A stretch of 64,000 bases of DNA from NCBI GenBank assembly GCA_964016885.1, contig OZ024741.1:178622001-178686000 (forward strand), in the 5' to 3' direction. The notes beneath the pieces are model-generated. The model was not told the origin of the DNA and made no database searches. It saw only the letters and a list, made by a program, of their open reading frames with translations. Shown here piece after piece: positions 42,553 to 55,042 of the stretch. Numbering within the stretch: position 1 is the stretch's first letter; the number at the start of each line of letters is the position of its first letter. The position numbers and the translations under genes are program-made. The stretch comes from Eledone cirrhosa (Eukaryota).

Positions 42553-45199
42553 TATAACATGTGATTGTAAGATCATTATTTACATCAACCTATCACTCAA
42601 GGCTAGCAGTTTGAAATTGTGGTATACATCAGCAACTCCGCTTGTATAGTTGGGGTCTATATTCTAAGGGGGCTCTTTTATATTAGTTGTCGGGGTCAGG
42701 GATTGAAGTTTAAAAATTAGATAATATATAATTTACGCATTAACAGTAAACTAAAAGACTTGGGGTCCCGTAGAAGCACCTTAGAAAATCCCTCAATAAG
42801 TGCATAAAGCTTACAGGCTCCAATAAACCTACTAGACTAGAAGAAATTAAGAGGCTAATAAAATAAAAAATAAAAATATAAAGTCTCCCTAAAAAATATA
42901 TAAAGTTTCCTATGAAATTCCTTCTAAAGAAAAAAAAATTTTTCCGAAAGAAAAAAACCTTCTTCCCCCGAGATCACATTTACAAATTTCAGAAAACTTA
43001 CGAAGTTTTGATATTCCCTACTAAGTTGAAAGAAACTAATCAATTAAAGGTTAATTCAAAGAGCCTTCTATAATTCTCTCAGAAAAGGCCCCTTTAATAT
43101 TTTTAATAGGAACTTCTTCCGAGAGACCCTTCGAAGAATTAAAATTTTAGAGAGCCTTTAAGGATATATATAAAAACGAATTGAGGAAAATTATACATTA
43201 AAAGTTAAAAATTACGGTATTTGGGATATCCGAGGAATTTTCAAAGGGCTGCTTCAACAGATACAACTTAGGCATAATAGATACAATAATTTAAGTAATT
43301 TAAGTAATTTAATTAGGGAGCAATTCAAGGAGTTTATCAAGTTGGGCAAGATTAAAGAAAGTGGTAAATAAGAAAATACATAAGCAAAAAGACAATAATT
43401 ATAAAATGTATTTTTAAGAAGGTATAAGGTAGCTTCAGTAATCTAACAATGTATTATCGCAAAAAATTATCATAAAATTATTTATACAGGATTAACAAAG
43501 ACATAATAATATATATTCCTGCCTAATTAAGGTATAAGGTAGCTTCAGTAATCTAACAATGTATTATCACAAAAAATTATTATAAAATTATTGATACAGG
43601 ATTAACAAAGACATAATAATATATATTCCTGCCTAATTAACAAGTAATCAAAACACTATTAACAGTCAGGCAAAATTAGCTCAGGGATATCCCGCGCTCG
43701 GATACTTTACACACACACAGCAACACATAGGATTAGCACAGACATAATGGTATATTCCTGCCTAATTAACAAACAATCGATTAACAATTGATGGTCAAGA
43801 AAATGTACTCAGGGATATCCCGCGCACGGATATTTACATACATACAACAGGATGAACAGTACTGGTGACCGTGTCGGCGCGATATCCATTATGCGTATGT
43901 AGTCATCTGCATAGCTCCAGGCACGATATCCATTATGCGTATGTAGTCATCTGCATAGCTCCAGGCACGGCTGGTCTTGTTTAAAAGTTCATGGATCAAC
44001 TGGGATTCACTATCAGCTTCGTGGACTCTCTGGGAGATGTACCTGTGGATCTAATAGCTAGTGGTTGCTGGATGTGGTCCGTTCGATCTTTTAGTTTCAG
44101 GGGTTGTACGCTTTTGCGATAGACCAGCCTGCCGGTTCTAAGTCCAAGGTCTCGCTACGTAGGATGTATTGGTCTACATGCTATATTGTTAAAAAAACCA
44201 GTGTGGATTTGACTGGGGTGGTATATTACGAACTCCAAGCCCACACGCGACTGGTCAAAAGCGAAAGGCTGTCCCCTCTTTGTTTGCTGTATGGGTCGGT
44301 CCCAGCTTAGATGGTGGTCGTGTTATCCATATTCCGTCAGCCCTGTATATTCAAGACAGATCAGGGTATATATTTGCGGGTATGCTCCGGCGTCTACGTT
44401 ATCCAGAGGGTCTCGCTTGTGGTATTTTCAAGTTCGCATGTCATCTCCCGGTTAAGACTTCGCATGCTTCGGTGAATCTCATGCATGGAATCTTAGGGTA
44501 TCGTATTACACGGGGTGACTAGCAGAAAATATACATTCTATGCTATCGCGCACGCGCTGGCCTGTGGCTACGACCGTGTCCAGTCTCGGGTAGTAGCAGA
44601 CAGCAGGTAGACCAGCTATACACACCCCTGTTCAGGGGGCACAACCCCTAACTTATCAAGTGGTCAGACTTCAAGGGAGTCAACTCTCCAAGCCCATTAA
44701 GTCGACTGTGGTGAAATACAAAAAATTCCTATTAGTAAAGAACTAATCACTGATAATAAAGAACCAACTCAAAAGAATGGGGAGGGGCATCTATTTGGGC
44801 GGGGGGTTTACTAAGGGAGGGGGTGGGGGTGAGTGGCTATAGGCAGGGAGCGGCCGCCATATTGGGTGTTTTGTTACTGTTTCCCTGGGTATGTTCTCGA
44901 GTTTGTTGACATACATCTCCGACGGCACCTTCCCAGATTAGTCAACGTGGTTCCAGGCACTCACAATGTCCTACATCGCAGGCATCAGCTGCCCCCAGGG
45001 TGCCCAGCAACAATGTTGCCACCAATCCCAGGTTGGCAAGTGGGACACAGGGTCGTCTGTTCCTCACCAGAGTCCCCATCGCCAATCGGGGAGCCGAGGC
45101 ATCCATGCGACCGGGGTTACTAAAGAGCACCCTGTTCGCCAGCGGGGCTGCCAAGTGCAGGACTGGGTGGTGTCAGGGCTATGTGTCTGGTCTGAAGAA

Positions 45200-45654
45200 A
45201 AAAAAGAGCTAAGTATGGTATGGGGGCAGGACGAGAATATTTCTGATCTCCTGTTGAGCAAGTTGAGTCATGAGAATACTATGGCATGAGATTCAGATAG
45301 GCACAGGCTACAACACCTGCTCAACGAGCTATATGGAGGAGCTTTAGTAAGGCATCTCCAGCTTAGTGTGTAGGGGGTTTTTGTTTGTTTTAAGCTATGT
45401 ATATGCCCCGCTAACGACGTGGTATTTTTAAGCTTCTCATATCGGAAGCTATGCTGGTGGGCGTTGAACCTCGTCTTGAACTCGTTAGCGGTTGATCCCA
45501 CATACGTCTTAGTATACGTGCCTGTGGTTACGTTACAAGCATATACCACGTTCCTAATAAGGCAGTGTCCAGCTAGTGGGTATTTGTCCTTCCTTCTGCA
45601 ATTACACTTTTTAGTAGGGTCATGCTCCTCAATCAGGGGTGCATGTCCCTCCAA
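45200..45654 (-). pseudogene. PLE GIY-YIG endonuclease fragment with an in-frame TGA at 45268-45270
   Basis: CNCRRKDKYPLAGHCL, NVVY..YVGST..FKTRFNAH, CSLCLSE, then *LNLLNRRSEIFSSCPH. Confidence 0.88.
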
Positions 45655-47717
45655 GCGGCCGCGAGGCTGCCTAGTGGGACCGGTTCTATTGCCTATTATC
45701 CCCCTGGGTCTTTCACTCAGTGGGTTGGAGACTGGACACGGTCGTAGCCACAGGCCAGCGCGTGCGCGATAGCATAGAATGTATATTTTCTGCTAGTCAC
45801 CCCGTGTAATACGATACCCTAAGATTCCATGCATGAGATTCACCGAAGCATGCGAAGTCTTAACCGGGAGATGACATGCGAACTTGAAAATACCACAAGC
45901 GAGACCCTCTGGATAACGTAGACGCCGGAGCATACCCGCAAATATATACCCTGATATGTTTTGAATATACAGGGCTGACGGAATATGGATAACACGACCA
46001 CCATCTAAGCTGGGACCGACCCATACAGCAAACAAAGAGGGGACAGCCTTTCGCTTTTGACCAGTCGCGTGTGGGCTTGGAGTTCGTAATATACCACCCC
46101 AGTCAAATCCACACTGGTTTTTTTAACAATATAGCATGTAGACCAATACATCCTACGTAGCGAGACCTTGGACTTAGAACCGGCAGGCTGGTCTATCGCA
46201 AAAGCGTACAACCCCTGAAACTAAAAGATCGAACGGACCACATCCAGCAACCACTAGCTATTAGATCCACAGGTACATCTCCCAGAGAGTCCACGAAGCT
46301 GATAGTGAATCCCAGTTGATCCATGAACTTTTAAACAAGACCAGCCGTGCCTGGAGCTATGCAGATGACTACATACGCATAATGGATATCGCGCCGACAC
46401 GGTCACCAGTACTGTTCATCCTGTTGTATGTATGTAAATATCCGTGCGCGGGATATCCCTGAGTACATTTTCTTGACCATCAATTGTTAATCGATTGTTT
46501 GTTAATTAGGCAGGAATATACCATTATGTCTGTGCTAATCCTATGTGTTGCTGTGTGTGTGTAAAGTATCCGAGCGCGGGATATCCCTGAGCTAATTTTG
46601 CCTGACTGTTAATAGTGTTTTGATTACTTGTTAATTAGGCAGGAATATATATTATTATGTCTTTGTTAATCCTGTATCAATAATTTTATAATAATTTTTT
46701 GTGATAATACATTGTTAGATTACTGAAGCTACCTTATACCTTAATTAGGCAGGAATATATATTATTATGTCTTTGTTAATCCTGTATAAATAATTTTATA
46801 ATAATTTTTTGTGATAATACATTGTTAGATTACTTAAGCTACCTTATACCTTCTTAAAAATACATTTTATAATTATTGTCTTTTTGCTTATGTATTTTCT
46901 TATTTATCACTTTCTTTAATCTTGCCCAACTTGATAAACTCCTTGAATTGCTCCCTATTAAATTACTTAAATTACTTAAATTATTGTATCTATTATGCCT
47001 AAGTTGTATCTGTTGAAGCAGCCCTTTGAAAATTCCTCGGATATCCCAAATACCGTAATTTTTAACTTTTAATGTATAATTTTCCTCAATTCGTTTTTAT
47101 ATATATCCTTAAAGGCTCTCTAAAATTTTAATTCTTCGAAGGGTCTCTCGGAAGAAGTTCCTATTAAAAATATTAAAGGGGCCTTTTCTGAGAGAATTAT
47201 AGAAGGCTCTTTGAATTAACCTTTAATTGATTAGTTTCTTTCAACTTAGTAGGGAATATGAAAACTTCGTAAGTTTTCTGAAATTTGTAAACGTGATCTC
47301 GGGGGAAGAAGTTTCTTTTCTTTCGGAAAAAAAATTTTTTCTCTAGAAGGAATTTCATAGGAAACTTTATATATTTTTTAGGGAAACTTTATATTTTTAT
47401 TTTTTATTTTATTAGCCTCTTAATTTCTTCTAGTCTAGTAGGTTTATTGGAGCCTGTAAGCTTTATGCACTTATTGAGGGATTTTCTAAGGTGCTTCTAC
47501 GGGACCCCAAGTCTTTTAGTTTACTGTTAATGCGTAAATTATATATTATCTAATTTTTAAACTTCAATCCCTGACCCCGACAACTAATATAAAAGAGCCC
47601 CCTTAGAATATAGACCCCAACTATACAAGCGGAGTTGCTGATGTATACCACAATTTCAAACTGCTAGCCTTGAGTGATAGGTTGATGTAAATAATGATCT
47701 TACAATCACATGTTATA

Positions 47718-47764
47718 TGCCTTGAAAAGTTCCACCATGTGGTCGGACGAAACGGCTGTCGGCA
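47718..47764 (+). ncRNA. Hammerhead ribozyme, U3-A8 variant (mirror copy)
   Basis: Identical mirror of 42506-42552. Confidence 0.72.
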
Positions 47765-48094
47765 ATAAACTTGTTATAATGTCATAATAGTTCCTTTGTT
47801 CTTTTTCACTTATATATATATATATATAAGTATATATATATATACATTTATATATATGTGTGGGGGGGGGTATATGTGTGTGTGTGTGTGTGTGTGTGTA
47901 TTTCTATCTTTTTAGATCTATTCAGCTAAGCATATAAATTTAGTACTGTTGGGTAAACTAAGAATCATTATATATCTAACATAACTAAAAAAAGGTGCAT
48001 GGATTTTATATTACTTTAGGAATAAATTTTAATATCACTGTGTTCTTTTTTTTTCCATTTTTTAACATTAAATTATTCTGACCCACTGTTTTTC

Positions 48095-49150
48095 TTTCAT
48101 ACAGGTAAAGAGCTAGAACTGCTGGACGCGGCTAGTTGCTACCGGCTATATACAGTTGTCGTTTCCGAACCTCTGGTAATGTAATTTTGGATGGAGGATG
48201 GAGACTCTACTATTGAGGGGTGACGCTAGAAATGACTGCACTCGCGAGAGTGAAGGTACTCGCAAGCCTCTGGTGTCAGAATAAGTTATGGTCCGCATTC
48301 CATTAGGAGGGCGACTCTGTGGGGGGAGCAATTTTGTGAACAAAAAAGGAGTCTGAATACCGATCCTTCCTTGAGGAATATACGGTAGCATTAGACGTAA
48401 TTAAGACTGAGTCATATACCCTAATGGAAGACTTCAATGCACATGTTGGTACTGACTACTTGACATGGAAAGTAACAGTGATCCCGATCTAAATACGAAT
48501 GGAGAGGCCTTAGACCTCTGTTTTAGTAATGGACTCTCTATTATGAGCACCTTCGTCTAGCACAGAAATATCCGTAAATATACATTATATAAGGGGAATC
48601 GGGAGCAAAGATCAATAATTAATTTTGCTATTGTCTCTGATCTCTTAGATTCTGTGCTGGATGCCCGTGTTAAGAGAGGAACTGAGCAGTCAACATCTGC
48701 AACTTGAGACTACCTACAGACGAATAAGGCTACAAAAATGGCAGGTCCAGGCCGACCAACAGGATAAAGTGGGAAGCATTATTGGATAAGGATGGCAGGA
48801 CCAGGTATGGAGATAATATTGCATTAAATTCAGAGAACCCTCTGAGCAAACTGAGGACGTTGAAATGAAGTGGACATTGATCAGCTCAGCAGTTTCTACT
48901 TCAAATATTAAATACTGCGAACGAAAGTGGGTTGGTGTGGTGCCAGATGGAAGGAGGGCACCTTGCTTTAACCAAGAAGTTAAAGATGACATTCGAGCAC
49001 AGAAGAAAGCCTACAAACTTGGCTTGGAAATATATGTTCCTTCTTGCACTTGCGGTACAAGCAGGCATGGAAAGTCGCAGCAGACACAGTAACGGTGTCC
49101 ACAGTTAAGACATAGGAGGACTTCAAAGTTAAGCTCACATCTGATTTAAG
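48095..49150 (+). pseudogene. Degenerate RTE/Expander-like LINE (APE endonuclease region)
   Basis: GKELELLDAASCYRL..LDGGWRLYY, ILMEDFNAHVGTD, GLSIMSTF and QRSIINFAIVS, with many stops and frameshifts. Confidence 0.7.
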
Positions 49151-49282
49151 ATCAGCATATATATATATATATATATATATAGTCTATGTCATTCAGTATC
49201 TATCTACCTATGTGAAAGTATGTATGTATATTTATTTGTGTATGTATGTTTATGCATGTATGTATATTTATGTGTACTGGTG

Positions 49283-49395
<113 letters not shown>

Positions 49396-50254
49396 ATATA
49401 TATATATATGTATAGATATAATGTTCTTGATAGCAGGTGTAGAGGAGGAAGTTAACAGATATATATATATATATTAGAAAGTCTTGGCCACCAACGGTTG
49501 AGCCGTTGAGTTTCATTTGCAACAGCTATATCGTTGTATATACAGACACACAGAGTGCTTCGAAGCAAGATTGATTCCACAATCCAAAAACTTTTGTTTT
49601 TGCATCATGAAAATTATTGTGAATACAAAACATACATTTTTTGAAACTAGAGACTGCCATAGTGTACACATATAGCGACGCGATGTCAAGATATTAGAAT
49701 GAAATATTTTCAGAATAAAAATTTAAATAAACGGTTAAAGTAACATTTTTACAAGAAAAATAAAATAGAATCAATATATGTTTTGAATTATTGATTGAAT
49801 ACTTTATGAAAGAAATTTTCATCGCTCAAAAAATACTGTGAATATATCAATGGATCGCTTGTGCTGTTTCAGAAATAAGATCTCTCAACATTTATCATAT
49901 GTATATGGACGGGTCTTTTCCAAACTTACCTACGGCTGGTCTTATGAATAAGGATATTTTTGAAAACAAAACTCTCTCTCCCTAGCTACACACCAACCAT
50001 CAAATTCGCAAAAACTTTCTATAAACTCTATTTCCATTTTCACCTTACTATCTGCATTATTTCTCGTTCCATATTTCCTCATGGGATATCTCTTATACAT
50101 TTTTTAGTTACCTTTGTATTTTATCTTAAGTTAATTTATTGTATATATATATTTATTTACTTTTCGTATCATCCCAATTTATTTATTTTATGATTTTTAT
50201 ATAATATATTTTACATTATTTTATACTGTTATTTTATATTTTTTCATAAGCCTC

Positions 50255-50440
50255 GGAAATCATGCTTCGCGGCATAGTTATGTTTCTTTACGTTCTGAGT
50301 TAAAATGCCGTCGAGGTTAGTTTTTGCATTTCATCTTTGCGGGGTCGATAAAATAAAGCACCAATAATGCACTGGGGTCGATTTAATCGACTTTCCCCGC
50401 CCCCAAAATTGCTGGCCTTGTGCCTAAAGTAGGAAAAACT
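50255..50440 (+). mobile_element. tRNA-derived SINE (Meta-like)
   Basis: gttctgagttaaaatgccgtcgagg..ggggtcgataaaataaagcacc..ggccttgtgcctaaagtag. Confidence 0.78.
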
Positions 50441-50809
50441 ATGTTGTAGTCTAAAGATTTCATAATTCCACATTATTTTAATTTATGTTATATTAGTCTA
50501 TTTTAATAACGACCATTCCACATAATAGATTCTATCTCTTACTTTTAATATCTTATGGGTTAGACATAGTAGCCCATGTGATGTGTGACAATAACAATAA
50601 TGTGTACGGAGAGGTTTCATCCACCGACAGTGTGGAGTGTGTGTGTACATTCACAAGTATGCACTCTACTCTAATCGTTGCTACGCATGTTGGGGTTGTG
50701 ATAGGATACTCATAATCGCCTTGACTGGTTTTGTTACTGTCACATTCTGTCAATCCAAGCTTCACCATGGACATTCCTTTTTATATTGTAAGATTCCATT
50801 CTGATGCAA

Positions 50810-50921
<112 letters not shown>

Positions 50922-50949
50922 AAAGGTGACATTTAATATACAAGGCCAA

Positions 50950-51730
50950 AAGGTATGTAGAGAGTTATATATGATAATATATAATCGACACGTCTTTTTA
51001 GAATTAGCTCAATGCGTTTATATATCATATTGATTTGAAGAGAGAACATTTTAATGAAGAAATGCAGACATAAATACAGGGCAAACATAATCAAGTGTAT
51101 AGATTGAAACATTAGCTTTTAAATCATGTTTAATTCCTGACACATATTTCAAGATACTTGTACATCCAATTATTAAAGATAATAATTTTCCACCTGGCCA
51201 CAAATACCATAAATTAAACAATACAATTACAAATAAGTTGTCCTTTTCAACCACACCTAACTGACTATGTAGCATTCAGCAATCACCATCAACTTTCTCA
51301 ATATAACTCCTCGCCGAACAACATTTATACATTTCAACATAATGTTTGATGCCAAATTCTACTAACTTAGGTAATACTTCGAATGGCAGCACATTAAACC
51401 AACCAGGGCCTACCTATGAGAATGTCTCAAATCCTTCCGAATCTACCACTTCTTTCTCTAATCAAAACTATAACTGTATAGTTCCCACTAATTCTCCCCT
51501 CAACTGATTCTGCCTAACAAATAATATAGTATATAATGTACCGTAAGAACACAACACTCAACTAATTCATTATATTGGAGTCACAGCGACTCCATTTAAG
51601 ACCCGGTATAATTCCCATTTGAACTCGTTTAAGAACAACAAGCTTAATACACTACCTCCTTATGTAGCAAATTACATACTCTAGCTTGCCTCCATGGTGC
51701 TATAAATTATGAGAGAAAAGTTACATATAG
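50950..51730 (+). pseudogene. Highly degraded Naiad-type PLE linker + GIY-YIG
   Basis: NNFPPGHKYHKLNN..KLSFSTTPN and YNC..SPLN*FCLTNNIVY..HYIGVTATPFKTRYNSH. Confidence 0.7.
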
Positions 51731-52431
51731 TCAAACTTAGAAAAAATATAGTCAAGAAAAATGTGTTTAATTGAAGTCATTTCTGAAATTTAATTGAATT
51801 AAAATAAGTTAAATTAAAATGAAAATAAATTAAAACCGTGGGCTTCACTGAATATTATATTATATATTATATATGGAATGTATGGGTGTACTACAATATA
51901 ATATATACTATCAGTTTCCATTAGGTGAGATACAGAAAAGTAAAGAAATAACATGTCAAAAATATATAGAGGTGTAAAATATGAAATGTAAATATAAAAA
52001 AATATTTAAAATATATATACAACAGATACGATATAAATATAATATATAATGAAATACGGTATAAATATAATATATAAACAAAAAAAAAGACTAAAAGTTC
52101 CATATTTTAAAGTGGAAAGATCAAATAAACTCGCATAACGAGATATCTAGAGTGTTCGTCGGTTCATAATCCAGTCCGTGTGGAACTAGATAGCCGTGTA
52201 CGATTGGCTCCAAGGTATGAAGAAGACTAAGTTTAGACAGTTCGTCGGTAGTAGATCCTCTAATAGTTTCATCTTGGACTATGACCTGCATTACATGAGG
52301 AATCACGCAACTGTAATAGGAGGCATATTTCATTTATGTTATTATTCACCAATGGGTAGAACTGGTGCTTCTCGTTGATAAACGATGTTGCAACAAATTA
52401 ATTAAAGCACTAAATGTTATGCAAGTCATAC

Positions 52432-52531
<100 letters not shown>

Positions 52532-52677
52532 ACCAGTTTTAGATAAATAAATATGGATTAACAATTATAAATAAATATAAATTGTTTCCCTTTATGTTCC
52601 TTACCCCGTAGCAAATATGGTAGATAACTGTATGCTTCAAACATCAAATAAATGAAAATAATATGCTTTTATTTTTG

Positions 52678-52686
52678 AAGAAGAAA

Positions 52687-52720
<34 letters not shown>

Positions 52721-52806
52721 AGAAGAAGAAGAAGAAGAAGAAGAAGAAGAAGAAGAAGAAGAAGAAGAAGAAGAAGAAGAAGAAGAAGAAGAAGAAGAAG
52801 AAGAAG

Positions 52807-52836
<30 letters not shown>
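52678..52836. repeat. (AAG)n microsatellite
   Basis: About 50 AAG units; explains the poly-K pseudo-ORF. Confidence 0.97.
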
Positions 52837-52837
<1 letters not shown>

Positions 52838-54124
52838 TTACCTCCTTAGTAAATACGTTAGAAAGTTAGTTACTATTCGAAAATTCAATAAATAAATAAG
52901 GAAAAATAGAGAACGTCATAACGGCGGCTGATTTTAAATAAATAATTAACGATTAACTATTTCAAGCGCTAAAAATAATGAAAAATAGTGTTTGCATCGT
53001 AGTTATTTGTAATTGCCACGATGGTTCGGATTTCAAGTAAAAATAATAAAAAGAGCTTACTTACATCGTCAGTGAATCGAAATTTCATTATACGCACGTG
53101 GAAAAAATCTTTGAGGCACATACAGGATTAAAACACGATAAATATACGAGAGCAATCAGAAAATTAGACCCACTCTTTAACTTACGTCAGACAAACATTA
53201 ATAGATATATTCTCTCGGGTCTCAAATATGAGGGGAGGGAAGAGGTGAGGGAGTTGATATAAGGGGTGGGAGGATAAATCGGTGATTTTTCTAGGTTGTC
53301 TCTGTTGATTTTTTAAAAACCAGAATTATTCCTTTAGTTTACATATTGAGACCCCAACCCATCCTATTTATATGTTCGCGTATGGAATTTCTAGAAATGT
53401 ACTCATTTTTGCCATGTAAAATGTTTTTAATATTTAAAGAAAATTAATTCGCGCAAGAATGCTACCACAATGGAATTGGAATGTTACGAGCAACCCCCCA
53501 AAAATCACGTGTCCAACACTTGCCACCTTTACATATGTATTTGTGTGTATGTGTGTGTGTGTGCGTCAACATCAACAGCGGAACATAAGAGAACCTTGTC
53601 GTTGACAGAGCCCAGTGGCAAAATCTGATTGCTACCTGTGTTAAGGAATTTGAAAACAATATGAGGGCCTATACTAAAGATAAGTGAGCAGTGAAATATA
53701 TGGCGGATGTTAGCCCGCCCCAGAACAGGGTTCGAAAAAGACTCTTACCTGTCAGAAATGCAGACGTGTATACATGTCAAGGGCTGGGCTACTAAGTCAT
53801 ACCAGACGTCAGACACATGAAAATAACACATGTGAGTACCACATAAACATTGATTTTGCATGTGGCATCTGTACCAAACAGTGTTATTCTACTTGTGTGC
53901 TAAAACAGCACCACAAAGCATGCGACGCCAATCAAACTCAAGCAGGTGTGTAACTTACACCCATACAGTGTGGTATAGCATGTATTGATAGCATTGCAGT
54001 TTGATGAACCATCTGCAAGCATCATAAAGTAACTCTTTTTGCCAATGTCTACCAATGTCTGATAGATTTTTCTTGGTAGGAGTGGTTCCGAGAAATGGCC
54101 GACTCGGACACAAGTTGGCTTCTA

Positions 54125-54176
<52 letters not shown>

Positions 54177-54723
54177 ATGTATGATTATCCGTATGTATAT
54201 AAATGGACATATGTATGTTATATATAAATGGACATAGGTCTGATTCCTCATCGCATATTTTAAATCTTAAATGTCGTGCAATAAAGTCGATACACTTTTG
54301 TCGTCGCCATGTGAATTTACGTAAGTTTTGTTTTATGTTCGGTTTCTAATGTATTCCAAGGACGGTGTTTGACTGTCTTGTCAGACAATGTAACTCCAGA
54401 TAGACCAGCAAACCGTGTGCAGGTGTCGAAATTGTGTACGCCCTTTTCGACCCTCGGAGGTTTTTTACCTGTTGCCAATTTTGCAATATTATCTGTGACG
54501 CATGATGTTCCCCTCCTGTTCTTTTGTCGAATTGCACTACATTTACCGCGGTAATATCTTCTTTCTTATCACGTGACTATTGTTTCGTTAGATATAACAT
54601 GTTCTACAAGCCAACATTATTTTCTCCACGTGTTACACCACTCTGTCTCTAACTCTCTTTATATACGTATATATATGTATGTGTGGGTGTGTGTGTTTCT
54701 CTCTCTCTCTCCCCTCCCTCGCT

Positions 54724-54778
<55 letters not shown>

Positions 54779-55042
54779 TATTTCTTTTATTTGCCACTAG
54801 GGCATCAAAAGTGGGACAAGTACAAAGGGGGGAGTTTACACAAAAAGGCGTCCTCAATAAGGAGGAGGCAATAACAAAATATAAAAATAAAATAAGATAT
54901 AACAAAAAATAAAATTTTTAACAAAATCCTCAATAGAGAGGAGGCGCCTTGGGGGGTCGCACACACCCCCGAAAAAAGTGTGCAACCCTTCTCCTCAGGA
55001 GCACAGAGAAGGGGTGCTCCCTTGGTCTTTCATCTTCCTCAC

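Larger units (their letters stand above)
42359..47810 (-). mobile_element. 5'-truncated Naiad-type PLE with about 2.1-kb inverted arms
   Basis: 42460-44587 and 45728-47810 are near-identical reverse complements. The spacer holds a GIY-YIG fragment, and both ends are in (TA)n. Confidence 0.9.

Noticed and set aside
45268-45270. In-frame TGA as selenocysteine (some Naiad PLEs are reported to encode Sec)
   Set aside because: The TGA aligns to a variable non-Cys position. No convincing SECIS (AUGA..AA..GA) was seen downstream; the hairpin near 44660-44700 has AUGG and no apical AA. A SECISearch run would settle it.
44104-46211. Duplicated 68-aa and 80-aa ORFs as a two-gene system
   Set aside because: They are mirror products of the inverted arms, antisense to the element, with non-ATG starts and no motifs.
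48105-48175. Apparent host exon (catacag/..CTG/gtaatg)
   Set aside because: The peptide GKELELLDAASCYRL matches the N-terminus of an RTE endonuclease and continues into the degraded LINE.
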